Positions 47,734-57,095 are shown, counted from the stretch's first letter. The stretch is DNA of 64,000 nt from Bacteroidales bacterium (GCA_017535325.1 JAFXUC010000029.1:14878-78877), one strand, 5' to 3'. Notes: generated by a model from the sequence alone, not told the origin. A program made the numbers and translations.

Positions 47734-48159
47734 TTGAAAGCCGCATTGTTGCTTTTGGTTTGCTTGGAATTTTCGTGTGCGAAAACAGAACGCGGAGATT
47801 CTGTTTTTAATATAAAAGTGTTAGTCAATGACGGTCGGACAGCCTTGGCGTATAAAAAAATATATTGCGTAAGCGAAGTCTCAAAAGATGTTCAACGCTA
47901 TTCAATATATAGCGAAGTAACTGACAGTATAGGGGTTGCAACGTTTCATATACCTGCAAGAACGCTTGCTATCGGTTACAAGGATGAGTACGGAAGCCAA
48001 TCTGTTTGTGATTGTCAGGCGTTTTTTGAGTTGCTGTACAACGACGACATTTATTACACAAAATTTTATGTACAGCATATTGATATCAATGAGGAAAGGG
48101 AATATGATTATAGTTTAGAGATTAATACTCAACAAAAACCTCCTTTGATTGAGGAATAA
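47734..48159 (+). CDS. small lipoprotein, unknown function
   Basis: TTG start inside a T7 run. MKAALLLLVCLEFSCAK lipobox. 141 aa. Confidence 0.55.
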   Translation: MKAALLLLVCLEFSCAKTERGDSVFNIKVLVNDGRTALAYKKIYCVSEVSKDVQRYSIYSEVTDSIGVATFHIPARTLAIGYKDEYGSQSVCDCQAFFELLYNDDIYYTKFYVQHIDINEEREYDYSLEINTQQKPPLIEE

Positions 48160-48199
48160 AAAAATGCGGATTTTCTTTTAAAAAAATCCGCATTTTTTA
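48160..48199. terminator. bidirectional hairpin terminator
   Basis: ATGCGGATTTT-loop-AAAATCCGCAT flanked by A and T runs, between convergent genes. Confidence 0.7.
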
Positions 48200-48201
48200 T
48201 T

Positions 48202-48690
48202 TTACCTTAATCCGCTTATCAGTGAGGCGTACATTTTTAGTGAATCAGAATTTTTACATTCAACGCCGTCGCGGAAACATTTGTAAATCTTGTTGTCTTT
48301 CAAGTAAACAGTTTCCAGATAGTTGGAGTCTACGTCCAAAACCCTTTCCCTTGACAAAAGCAGCGGCTGGGAATCTTTGTAATAAATGTCAATGTCCTCT
48401 TTCAAAGAGTCGCCGATCAGAGATATTCTTACGGTGTCTTTGTCAAGAACGCTGATTACGGTTTTGACGTCTTTTGCGTGGTTGTGAATAAATTGCAGTT
48501 TTTCACCGTTTGCCTTTATATAGTTCACGTATTCGTCAATACCGTTGAGATAGTTGTCGCTGTTGATTTCGGCGTTGTAGACTATGTCCGGTTTTACGCC
48601 GTCATCATTTTTGACATCACGTTTGAAACCGTCGCAAGAGGCCAAAACAAGTGCTGTCATAATACTAAAAACACATAAATAATTTTTCAT
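48202..48690 (-). CDS. lipoprotein, unknown function
   Basis: Start moved to the ATG at 48690 (MKNYLCVFSIMTALVLASCDG). This removes the overlap with the upstream methyltransferase. Confidence 0.55.
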   Translation of the reverse strand: MKNYLCVFSIMTALVLASCDGFKRDVKNDDGVKPDIVYNAEINSDNYLNGIDEYVNYIKANGEKLQFIHNHAKDVKTVISVLDKDTVRISLIGDSLKEDIDIYYKDSQPLLLSRERVLDVDSNYLETVYLKDNKIYKCFRDGVECKNSDSLKMYASLISGLR

Positions 48691-48778
48691 TTTTCCGTCG
48701 GTTTTAGAGTATTCGTAAAAGTGCCGCAAGTTACTAAAACAAAATGTAAAATACAAATTAATTTTGTTAAAATTTAAT

Positions 48779-49936
48779 TTAATTTTCGTATTTTTTCTTT
48801 TTACTGCCCTCGTACATTTCAAAGCACTCCAAACGGCACTCCAAAGGTCCGTTGAAGAGTTTTATTTTCTTTGACGGGTGGAGTCCGAGGTTTTTTAACG
48901 CGGTGAGGTTTCCGCTTAGAATCCAAGCCTTGGAGCCTGAGTAGCAGGATTTCAGCGTGTCGCCTATCTGTTTGTAAAACTCATTCATGTCTTCCTGGTT
49001 TTCAAGACGCTCGCCGTAAGGCGGATTCATTACCATAAACAGTCCGAAACCGTTTTCTGGCGTATTGAAAAAATCTTTCCTGTCAAAATTTATGAACTTG
49101 TCAACACCCGCGTTTACGGCGTTTTGAGAGGCAATGTCAAGAGCCGTAACGTCTTTGTCAAAACCGTAAACCGTGTTTTTCGGAGCGGTTTTCCTTAAAT
49201 CTTTTGCCTCTTTTTTTATCCGTCCCCAAAGTTGGGAGTCAAAACTGCGCCATTTTTCCAAGGCAAAATGTCTGAAACTTCCCGGCGCGATGTTCATCTG
49301 CATAAGGCATGCCTCAATAGGGAAAGTTCCCGAGCCGCACATCGGGTCAACAAAAGGCATTGAAAAATCCGTCTTGGTGAGCGTTAAAATTCCGGCTGCA
49401 AGCACCTCGTTGACAGGGGCTTCGGTCTGGCGTGTCTTGTAACCTCGCTTGCTCATCGGCATACCCGTAGAGTCAAGCGAAACCGTAACCTGAGAATTGT
49501 AAACATGGACGTTAATCCTTAAATCCGGATATTCTACGTCAACGTCGGGACGGCGTCCGCGTTTTTGACGGAAATAGTCGGCTATGGCGTCCTTGCATTT
49601 GAGGGCCAAATATTTTGAGTGCGTAAAAATCGGCCCAGATGCTACACAATCCACTGCAAACGTGTCAGTTACCGCCATGTAGTCCTGCCACGGAATTTTG
49701 TACGCCTCTTCGTAAAACTCTTTGTCGTTGAAAGCCGAAAAAGTTTTTACCGGAACGAGGATTTTTAAGGCAGTCCTCAGCCAGTAGTTTGCCTTGTAGA
49801 GCGTTTCGTTGTCTCCCGAAAAAGAGACCGCCCGCGTAAGCCTCTGGACATCAGTTGCGCCCAACGCTTTGATTTCATCTGCCAAAACTTCTTCCAAACC
49901 GAAAAAAGTTGTCGCTATAATATTGAATTTTTCCAT
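48779..49936 (-). CDS. THUMP-domain class I SAM-dependent RNA methyltransferase (RlmL/YpsC-like)
   Basis: N-terminal THUMP-like region, DPMCGSGTFPIEA (motif I) and NPPYGERL (motif IV). Confidence 0.82.
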   Translation of the reverse strand: MEKFNIIATTFFGLEEVLADEIKALGATDVQRLTRAVSFSGDNETLYKANYWLRTALKILVPVKTFSAFNDKEFYEEAYKIPWQDYMAVTDTFAVDCVASGPIFTHSKYLALKCKDAIADYFRQKRGRRPDVDVEYPDLRINVHVYNSQVTVSLDSTGMPMSKRGYKTRQTEAPVNEVLAAGILTLTKTDFSMPFVDPMCGSGTFPIEACLMQMNIAPGSFRHFALEKWRSFDSQLWGRIKKEAKDLRKTAPKNTVYGFDKDVTALDIASQNAVNAGVDKFINFDRKDFFNTPENGFGLFMVMNPPYGERLENQEDMNEFYKQIGDTLKSCYSGSKAWILSGNLTALKNLGLHPSKKIKLFNGPLECRLECFEMYEGSKKKKYEN

Positions 49937-49945
49937 TTTTCTTTT

Positions 49946-50401
49946 TTAATAAATGCTGTTGTTGGTGATTCTTAAAATGCCGCTGTTTGAGGAATAGACC
50001 GCCGAGTATTCCTGCAACGAAAGTTTTGCCGAACCGTAACTCACCGCTCCGTGCAACAGTACGCTGTATCTTGAATTACAGTTGTTTACGGTATCGCTGT
50101 GATGAAGGCATTTGTCTTTTTCGTCAAAAGTCAAAGGCGTGTCCTTCAAGTTGTCGGGGCAGGCTCTGTCGTAAGCGTAAAACGTTGTGCCGTTGAAATT
50201 GTATACGAACACTCCGCCGTAGCCGCCTGTTAAATAAGCGTAACCGCCCGGTGATTTCAAGTCCTTGTATTGCGGAAAATTGAGGTTGACCTCAAAGTTG
50301 ACGTACATTTCTGCAAGCGGATTTTTCGCTGTCTCGGAGCAGGAAAAAAACACTCCCGCAAAAAAAGGTGCGGCATACCAAAACAATTTTTTTAAATTCA
50401 T
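49946..50401 (-). CDS. lipoprotein, unknown function (Cys-containing beta domain)
   Basis: Lipobox VFFSCSE. 151 aa. No confident family call. Confidence 0.5.
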   Translation of the reverse strand: MNLKKLFWYAAPFFAGVFFSCSETAKNPLAEMYVNFEVNLNFPQYKDLKSPGGYAYLTGGYGGVFVYNFNGTTFYAYDRACPDNLKDTPLTFDEKDKCLHHSDTVNNCNSRYSVLLHGAVSYGSAKLSLQEYSAVYSSNSGILRITNNSIY

Positions 50402-50464
50402 CGTTTTTTTTAATATGTTTGCAACGGCAATTTTTTTGCAAAGGTAACAAATTAAACTTGAAAT

Positions 50465-51502
50465 ATGAAATCATTACTATTAAAAATACTTATTCTGTTG
50501 ATTTTGACGGGTTCGTTTTTCCCGCCTGTCCTTTATGCACAGAATCAGGGGCCTAACGGCACAGTAGACTGGGAGGCAGAATTTGCGCCCTCAGGCAAGC
50601 AGTTTACTCAGGACGGTTTTTTGGCTGACAAGGCTGTTTCCAATAAGAAAAAGAAAAAAATGTACAAGAAGTACAAAAAATACATGGACAAAAAGCAAAA
50701 AATCAGGGAAAAAGACTCTTTGCGACGTGTAGAAAAAATCGAGAAGGATTCTCTTGCTGCAATTAAAAAGGCAGAAAAACAGCAGGAAGAAGATGTTGAA
50801 ATGTCTGAAAAAGACGCGGAAAAAGCGGCTAAAAAAGCGGAAAAGGAGGCTGCCAAAAAAGCCAAAGCCGAGGCTAAACGTGCTAAAAAAGAGGCAAAAA
50901 GAAAAAAGAAAAGCGGAGAAGACGAAGAAGATGAAACCGACTACGACGTTACCGACTTGGAGGATTTCGGCAAAGTAGGTGAGAGTGCGGAATTTGAAGA
51001 CGTAGAGCAGAAGTCTGTGCCGTTGGAGGAGGTTGAGGTCAAGGAAGAAAAAAACAAAAAAGATAAAAAGGCAAAACTGACCAAAGAGGAAAAAGAGGCA
51101 AAGAAAAAACAGGATGCCGCCACCAAAGCCTTAAAAAAAGGCGGTAAGAAGGTTGACCATAAAAAGAATCAGAAGAAGCATGAAAAAGAGGCTCAAAAAG
51201 CAAAAAAGGAGGCGGAAGAAAAAGACGCTCTGAAAAAGATTCATGACAAGTTGGACAGGGGTGAAACTCTTTCAAAGAGCGAGCAGAAACAGTTTGATGC
51301 CAACAGCAAAAAGTCGGCAAGGGAAAAGCGCAAGCAGGAAATTGCAGATTATAAGCATGAGAAGCAGGCGAAAAAATCCATTTACAAAATTCAGGATAAT
51401 TCGACACGCAAAAAAATGAAACGGCATCACAAGGAAACCAACAAACGGATGAAGAAGAAACACAAAACTTCAAAACCCGGATTTTTTAAGAGAATTTTTT
51501 AA
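50465..51502 (+). CDS. secreted, extremely Lys/Glu-rich low-complexity protein
   Basis: Signal peptide MKSLLLKILILLILTGSFFPPVLYAQ, then about 300 aa of KKAEKEAAKKAKAEAKRAKKE-type sequence. Antisense track ORFs here are composition artefacts. Confidence 0.6.
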   Translation: MKSLLLKILILLILTGSFFPPVLYAQNQGPNGTVDWEAEFAPSGKQFTQDGFLADKAVSNKKKKKMYKKYKKYMDKKQKIREKDSLRRVEKIEKDSLAAIKKAEKQQEEDVEMSEKDAEKAAKKAEKEAAKKAKAEAKRAKKEAKRKKKSGEDEEDETDYDVTDLEDFGKVGESAEFEDVEQKSVPLEEVEVKEEKNKKDKKAKLTKEEKEAKKKQDAATKALKKGGKKVDHKKNQKKHEKEAQKAKKEAEEKDALKKIHDKLDRGETLSKSEQKQFDANSKKSAREKRKQEIADYKHEKQAKKSIYKIQDNSTRKKMKRHHKETNKRMKKKHKTSKPGFFKRIF

Positions 51503-51520
51503 AATATAAAAAACAGTAAT

Positions 51521-51886
51521 ATGAATACATCTGCATTTGTCGGTATAATGCTTTTGATTGTTTTTGCTTTTATAGCGGGAATGATTTGGGCTTATCGCAA
51601 AAATGATTATAAGACTACTAAACGGGAGTTTAAAACCGAGGTTTTGAACTCCCTTGATTCCACGCTTGAAACTATTACAGTGCATACAGGCGGGGCTGCG
51701 GCTCTTGGACAAAACCAGCCGGATACCGACGGCTCTCAAGAGGAAAAAGACAAGACCTCGGAAATAGAACTTGAAAGTCGTAAACAGATAATTCAGGAGA
51801 AAAACCATATCAAAAAATCGGCTGCTGACGAGTATTTTGAACGGACAAAAAAAATGGCAAACGAAATTTTGCAGCCGAAAAAATAA
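51521..51886 (+). CDS. small single-pass membrane protein
   Basis: TM FVGIMLLIVFAFIAGMIWAY followed by a charged tail. 18 nt downstream of the K/E-rich gene. Confidence 0.5.
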   Translation: MNTSAFVGIMLLIVFAFIAGMIWAYRKNDYKTTKREFKTEVLNSLDSTLETITVHTGGAAALGQNQPDTDGSQEEKDKTSEIELESRKQIIQEKNHIKKSAADEYFERTKKMANEILQPKK

Positions 51887-51918
51887 ACTTCACGGTTGTT
51901 TTTCTCGTTTTTTTGTTA

Positions 51919-51926
51919 TAGTTTTG
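51919..51926 (+). promoter_or_regulatory. Bacteroidota -7 box (TAGTTTTG)
   Basis: TAnnTTTG match 25 nt upstream of the ATG at 51951. Confidence 0.5.
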
Positions 51927-51950
51927 CACAAACAAAATTCAAGTTATATT

Positions 51951-53927
51951 ATGTTAAAAAAAGTATTTTCATTATCGCTTATGGCTGCCTCTGCATTGAG
52001 CCTTATGGCACAGGCACCGGCCGGCGGCAAAAAAATCAGCAACGAACTTATCGGTATTTTCTTTGAGGACATCAGTTCCTCTGCCGACGGCGGACTTTGC
52101 GCCGAGATGGTTCAAAACGGCTCGTTTGAATACAGCCCTATCGAAAAAGACGGTTGGGGAGCAGGTTCTTTCTGGCGTTTTATCCGTCCGGGACATTCGC
52201 TCGGATACATCGAACCCCGTCAGCAAAACCCGATTCACCCCAACAACCCAAATTACATGCACGTTGTAGTTGAGCGTGTAAAAGAGTATTACGATTACAA
52301 AGGTTGGAAAGGCGCTGGACTTCAAAATGACGGTTTTGAAGGATTTTTAGTAAAAAAAGGCGCAAAATACGACTTCTCGTTTTTCGTTCGCAATACCGAC
52401 AACAAGGAAAAAGAGTTCCGTATAGTTTTGGCTGTTCCCGCTCCTTGGGGTCAAGACCCGAAAGCAATCGGCGAGACAACAATCAAAGTCAGCGGTAACG
52501 ATTGGAAAAAATACACCGCAACTATCGAAGCAACAGAGGATTGCAAAAACGCAATTCTTCAAATCTTATCGCTCACAACCGGTGAATTTGACATTGACAT
52601 GGTTTCGCTTTATCCGCAAGAGACTTTCAAAGGACACGGACTTAGAACAGATTTGGCTCAGGCTTTGGCAGATTTGAATCCGAAATTTATGCGTTTTCCG
52701 GGCGGTTGTGTGGTTCACGGCGGCGGCGACGGTTTCTGGAACACTTATCACTGGAAAAACACCGTAGGTCCGAAAGAACAACGCAAACCCAACAAAAACA
52801 CTTGGGGTTATCATCAGTCGATGTCAATCGGTTATTTTGAATATTTCCAATTTTGTGAAGATTTGGAAATGCAGCCCGTTCCGATTTTGCCTTGTGGTGT
52901 AAGTTGTCAGGGAACTAACGGCGGTTGGAATATGTGGCCGACTCAGGCTCAGGACGTTTGCCCGATGTCTGACATGGAAAAATGGACACAAGACGCTCTC
53001 GACCTTATCGAGTGGGCTAACGGCGATGTTAACACAAAATGGGGAAAAGTTCGCGCAGATGCTGGACACCCGAAACCATTCAACCTCAAATATTTGGGAA
53101 TCGGCAACGAGGAAAAAATCACTCCCGAATTTGAGGAACGTTTCAAATATATGTACGACAAAATCACGGCAAAATATCCTGACATCGTGATTGTCGGCAC
53201 GGCAGGTCCGGGTTCTCACAAAGGCAATCCTGATTACGACGAAGGTTGGAAATTTGCAGAAAAACTCGGTCTTCCGATTCTTGACGAACATTATTATGAG
53301 CCAAGAGATTACTTCTTGACTTCTCGTCAGTATGACAGTTATCCGAGAGACCGTAAAACCAAAGTTTACTTGGGCGAATATGCAGCAAAAGACAAAAAAC
53401 TTATTGATGCCCTCGCAGAAGGTCTTTATTTGCTTCATGTTGAAAGAAACGGCGATGTTGTTGTGATGACTTCATACGCTCCGCTTTTCGCACGCAAAAA
53501 CGCTACAAACTGGAATCCCGATTTGATTTATTTTGACAACGAAAAGCCTTATTTGACATGCAGTTATTATGTTCAGCAGATGTTCGGACAGTCTTCGGGC
53601 GATTATTACTACGGCGATTGCGTAACATTCAACCGCAAAAACGATAATCTTCTCGGACAGTCGGTGGTTTACGATTCAAAATCTAAGAAACTTTTCGTAA
53701 AGATTTGTAACGCTGGTTCTCAAACTGCACAGGCAAATATTGACTTGTCAAAATTCAAGATTTCAAAATTTGAGGCTGAAAAGACTGTTATTTCCGGCGA
53801 ACCTAACGACGAAAACAATTACGAAAAACAGCCGATAATTCCGGTTAAGGAAAAAATCGCTATCAAATCAAAAATGGTTGAAAAAATTGAACCGTACTCA
53901 ATTTCAATGTGGACGATTCAGTTGTAA
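51951..53927 (+). CDS. alpha-L-arabinofuranosidase (GH51-like)
   Basis: Start moved to the ATG at 51951 (MLKKVFSLSLMAASALSLMAQ). Blocks GIFFEDI...GGLCAEMVQNGSFE, MRFPGGC, LGIGNEE and YLGEYA are typical of GH51. Confidence 0.8.
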   Translation: MLKKVFSLSLMAASALSLMAQAPAGGKKISNELIGIFFEDISSSADGGLCAEMVQNGSFEYSPIEKDGWGAGSFWRFIRPGHSLGYIEPRQQNPIHPNNPNYMHVVVERVKEYYDYKGWKGAGLQNDGFEGFLVKKGAKYDFSFFVRNTDNKEKEFRIVLAVPAPWGQDPKAIGETTIKVSGNDWKKYTATIEATEDCKNAILQILSLTTGEFDIDMVSLYPQETFKGHGLRTDLAQALADLNPKFMRFPGGCVVHGGGDGFWNTYHWKNTVGPKEQRKPNKNTWGYHQSMSIGYFEYFQFCEDLEMQPVPILPCGVSCQGTNGGWNMWPTQAQDVCPMSDMEKWTQDALDLIEWANGDVNTKWGKVRADAGHPKPFNLKYLGIGNEEKITPEFEERFKYMYDKITAKYPDIVIVGTAGPGSHKGNPDYDEGWKFAEKLGLPILDEHYYEPRDYFLTSRQYDSYPRDRKTKVYLGEYAAKDKKLIDALAEGLYLLHVERNGDVVVMTSYAPLFARKNATNWNPDLIYFDNEKPYLTCSYYVQQMFGQSSGDYYYGDCVTFNRKNDNLLGQSVVYDSKSKKLFVKICNAGSQTAQANIDLSKFKISKFEAEKTVISGEPNDENNYEKQPIIPVKEKIAIKSKMVEKIEPYSISMWTIQL

Positions 53928-53944
53928 AAACTTTTTTATCTTAT

Positions 53945-53986
53945 AAAAAATGCGGCTCTGAGAATTTTTAGAGCCGCATTTTTTTG
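53945..53986 (+). terminator. rho-independent terminator after the GH51 gene
   Basis: AAAAAATGCGGCTCT-loop-AGAGCCGCATTTTTTT. Confidence 0.75.
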
Positions 53987-53999
53987 TTATAGAATTTAT

Positions 54000-54101
54000 G
54001 ATAACTTAGCGGAATCGCCCAAAAAAATCATACATTCCGCTATGCTATCCACGATAACTTAGCGGAATCTGTAAAAAAAATCCACATTCCGCTATGTTAT
54101 C
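54000..54101. repeat. two tandem ~49-nt palindromic units (period 53 bp)
   Basis: Unit 1, 54000..54049: GATAACTTAGCGGAAT-N18-ATTCCGCTATGCTATC. Unit 2, 54053..54101: GATAACTTAGCGGAAT-N17-ATTCCGCTATGTTATC. The arms are reverse complements with 1-2 mismatches in 16. Confidence 0.85.
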
Positions 54102-54108
54102 AAGAAAA

Positions 54109-54141
54109 ATATCGTTATATTTGCAAAAAAAATAACGATAT
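54109..54141 (+). promoter_or_regulatory. 10-bp inverted repeat bracketing the -7 box (TATATTTG, 54116..54123) and the start codon of the ATPase gene
   Basis: ATATCGTTAT (54109..54118) and ATAACGATAT (54132..54141) are perfect reverse complements. The right arm includes the AT of the ATG at 54140. Confidence 0.6.
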
Positions 54142-55573
54142 GGACAACACCGAAATTATTGGCAGAGAGATTGAGCGTCAACTACTTAAACGCACTTACA
54201 ATTCAGGAACAAACGAATTTGTAGTAGTTTATGGCAGAAGGCGCGTTGGTAAATCGTTCCTTATAAACAAATATTTTGGGGGAATGTTTGATTTTTATAT
54301 GACGGGGCTGTACCAAAAGCCCAAGAATTTTTTGCTATCAACATTCGCTGTTGCGCTTGAAGAATATTCAGGGAAAAGTCGTCCCGTGCCCAAAAATTGG
54401 ATGACAGCAATGCAGCAACTCAAAGAATACCTGTCATCATTGTCGGCGAAACAGCGCATCTTGGTTTTTATCGACGAAATGCCGTGGCTCGACACTCCAA
54501 AATCCGATTTTTATGCCGCCTTTGAGTGGTTTTGGAACGGATGGGCTGCAAATCAAAAAAACATTATGATGGTAGTATGCGGCTCGGCAACTTCGTGGAT
54601 TGTTGAAAAAATACTCAGCGATAAAGGCGGTTTTTTCAACCGTGCCACCGTGAGAATTGCCCTAAAACCGTTTACGCTTCACGAAACCGAACTTTACTTA
54701 AAGTCAAACGGCGTAGATTTCTCACGTCGCGACATTGCCGAATGTTATATGACGATGGGCGGCATACCGTTTTATCTGAAACAGATTTCGCCCGCACTCA
54801 GTTTCAACGCCAATATCGACAGGATGTTTTTTGGTGAAAGCCCGTTGCTTGATGGCGAATTTAAGGCGTTGTTCAATACACTGTTCAAAAATTCAGAACC
54901 GTATATGAAAGTTGTAGAAGCGTTGTCAACAAAAAATATGGGTCTTACCCGCAAGGAGGCTCTCGCCGTCACCAAAATGACTGACAATGGAACGTTTACA
55001 AAACTATTAGACGACCTTTGCACTTCGGGAATCATCACTGCCTACAACTATTTTGGGTCAGAAAGGAAAGATACAGTATATCAACTATGCGACTTTTTCA
55101 CATTGTTCTATTTCCGTTTTATCAAAGGGCGTAGCGGCAATGACGAACATTTTTGGACGTTAACCATTGATAATCCTATGCGACGTGCGTGGGCGGGATA
55201 CACTTTTGAACTTCTTTGCAAATATCACATCACACAACTGCGCAAAGCGATAGGAATCAGCGACGTACTTACAGAATGTTCGGTATGGTTTCACAAAGAA
55301 AACGGCAAACGCGGTTGTCAGATTGACCTTGTAATTATGCGTCGCGACAATGTTATCAATATCTGCGAAATGAAATTTTGCAACGGCGAATACGTAATTG
55401 ATGCCGGCGATGAGGCCAATTTCCGCAACAAGATTGAAACCTTCCGCCGTGCCACAGCCACAAAACATTCGTTATATTTTACAATGATAACCACATACGG
55501 CATCAAGAGCAATGCTTACAGCGGCATTGTTCAAAAAAGTATTATACTTGACGATTTGTTTGATTACAACTAA
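54140..55573 (+). CDS. AAA-type ATPase (archaeal-ATPase/DUF234-like family)
   Basis: IGREIERQLL...FVVVYGRRRVGKSFL (Walker A), ILVFIDEMPWL (Walker B-like), and a C-terminal DUF234-like nuclease-fold region (CQIDLVIMRRDNVINICEMKF). Confidence 0.75.
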   Translation: MDNTEIIGREIERQLLKRTYNSGTNEFVVVYGRRRVGKSFLINKYFGGMFDFYMTGLYQKPKNFLLSTFAVALEEYSGKSRPVPKNWMTAMQQLKEYLSSLSAKQRILVFIDEMPWLDTPKSDFYAAFEWFWNGWAANQKNIMMVVCGSATSWIVEKILSDKGGFFNRATVRIALKPFTLHETELYLKSNGVDFSRRDIAECYMTMGGIPFYLKQISPALSFNANIDRMFFGESPLLDGEFKALFNTLFKNSEPYMKVVEALSTKNMGLTRKEALAVTKMTDNGTFTKLLDDLCTSGIITAYNYFGSERKDTVYQLCDFFTLFYFRFIKGRSGNDEHFWTLTIDNPMRRAWAGYTFELLCKYHITQLRKAIGISDVLTECSVWFHKENGKRGCQIDLVIMRRDNVINICEMKFCNGEYVIDAGDEANFRNKIETFRRATATKHSLYFTMITTYGIKSNAYSGIVQKSIILDDLFDYN

Positions 55574-55584
55574 ATTTACAATAA

Positions 55585-56082
55585 ATGAACTACCTCCACG
55601 CCACTTTAACCCACATCGACGAAATAATGTCGCTCTATGGTGCTGCCACAGCCGCAATGGAACAGCAAGACATTCACCAATGGGACAACATATATCCTGA
55701 CTATCAAACAATTGCCGATGATATTACAAAAAATCAAATGTACATCGGCACTATCAACAACAAAATTGCCGTTTGCTTTGTTCTCAGCCAGGAGTGCGAC
55801 GAACAATATAAAAACGGCAAATGGGAACTCCCCGACTCAAAATTTTGTGTAATTCATCGCCTATGCGTTTCGCCTGAATTTCAGCACCAAGGCATAGCGT
55901 CTCAAACAATGGTTTACATCGAAACACTATGTAAATCAGCGGGATATGATTCAATTCGTTTAGATTGTTTTACTCTCAATCCGTATTCCAAAAGACTTTA
56001 CGATAAATCAGGTTATAAAATTGTGGGCTATGCCGATTGGCGCAAAGGGCGGTTTGAATTGAGGAAAAAAGGGATAAAATAA
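55585..56082 (+). CDS. GNAT-family N-acetyltransferase
   Basis: 165 aa. The acetyl-CoA motif RLCVSPEFQHQGIAS and ...RLYDKSGYKIVG. Confidence 0.8.
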   Translation: MNYLHATLTHIDEIMSLYGAATAAMEQQDIHQWDNIYPDYQTIADDITKNQMYIGTINNKIAVCFVLSQECDEQYKNGKWELPDSKFCVIHRLCVSPEFQHQGIASQTMVYIETLCKSAGYDSIRLDCFTLNPYSKRLYDKSGYKIVGYADWRKGRFELRKKGIK

Positions 56083-56118
56083 TAAACTCTTGGTGTGATA
56101 TTTGCACAAAAAACATCG

Positions 56119-57090
56119 ATGATACTTTTAGTTGACATAACGGAAAATGAGGCATACTGGATGGACAGTCTACTTAATTGGGCACAAGAGAATATCAACT
56201 TGCTTTTGTCCTCGTTTGTGGTGTCGGTTTTACTTGTAATCGCCTTATTTATAGTTATATACAAAATTATTATTATCAAGCGCAAATCCGAAAGCCGTCT
56301 TGCCGAAAAAAACATGGAAATTCGCGAAGTCAACCAAAAAATGTTAGCGAGCGTAATTTATGCAAGCCGTATACAAGCGGCTGTGATTTCGTCGATTGTT
56401 GATGTTAAGGCTATTTTTCCCGAAAATTTTGTGCTTTATCGCCCTCGGGACATTGTCGGCGGCGACTATTACCGCGCAATACGTTGCGGACGTTATTCTG
56501 TTATGATTACTGCTGATTGTACGGGTCATGGTATTCCGGGTGCGTTGCTTTCGATGCTCGGAGTTTCTGCGCTTAGGGAATATATGGTAACGGAATACGA
56601 TGCAGAAAATCCCGGTACTGTTCTTGATAGAATTAGAACTTTTATAAAATCCACTCTCGTGGCAAAAGACGGTCGTACGCTCGATGACGGTATGGATATG
56701 ACAATTTGTTGTTTCGACTTTGAAAAAATGGAAATCCGTTATGCCATTGCAAATCAGACAGCGTTGATTCTTAGAGGTGATAATGTTATCAAATTGAAAG
56801 GTGATTCTATGCCTGTCGGTAAGTATATTGTAGAGCGGACGCATTTCCAGACTTTAACAGTCAACATTGAAAAAGGTGATATGGTTTATATGTTTTCGGA
56901 CGGGCTTCAAGATCAACTCGGCGGTAGTAATTGTAAAAAGTTTCTTTTGAAAAACCTTATTGCAACTCTTGTTGAAATTCATAACGAACCTTTAAACGAA
57001 CAGCGTATAGCCCTCGAACAAGAAATTATTGCTTGGCGCGGCGGTATTTCACAAATAGACGACATGACTATGGTGGGAATAAGGGTGTAA
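56119..57090 (+). CDS. membrane-anchored PP2C/SpoIIE-family serine phosphatase
   Basis: The ATG at 56119 is preferred over the GTG at 56095. TM LLLSSFVVSVLLVIALFIVIY, then the SpoIIE-type core (GGDYY...DCTGHGIPGALLSM...SDGLQDQ...DDMTMVGIRV). Confidence 0.8.
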   Translation: MILLVDITENEAYWMDSLLNWAQENINLLLSSFVVSVLLVIALFIVIYKIIIIKRKSESRLAEKNMEIREVNQKMLASVIYASRIQAAVISSIVDVKAIFPENFVLYRPRDIVGGDYYRAIRCGRYSVMITADCTGHGIPGALLSMLGVSALREYMVTEYDAENPGTVLDRIRTFIKSTLVAKDGRTLDDGMDMTICCFDFEKMEIRYAIANQTALILRGDNVIKLKGDSMPVGKYIVERTHFQTLTVNIEKGDMVYMFSDGLQDQLGGSNCKKFLLKNLIATLVEIHNEPLNEQRIALEQEIIAWRGGISQIDDMTMVGIRV

Positions 57091-57095
57091 CTATC

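Noticed and set aside
47720-47736. Possible phase-variable start of lipoprotein 47734..48159: an out-of-frame ATG at 47720 would join the ORF if the T7 run (47729..47735) gained one T
   Set aside because: A 7-nt homopolymer is short for slipped-strand switching, and the TTG start within the run already yields an intact lipoprotein signal (MKAALLLLVCLEFSC). Recorded as an annotation ambiguity only.
54041-54090. DnaA-box-like strings (CTATCCACG, AAATCCACA) within the palindromic units upstream of the ATPase gene
   Set aside because: Each matches the TTATCCACA consensus at only 7 of 9 positions. There is no cluster of boxes, no AT-rich unwinding element context, and no dnaA or dnaN nearby.
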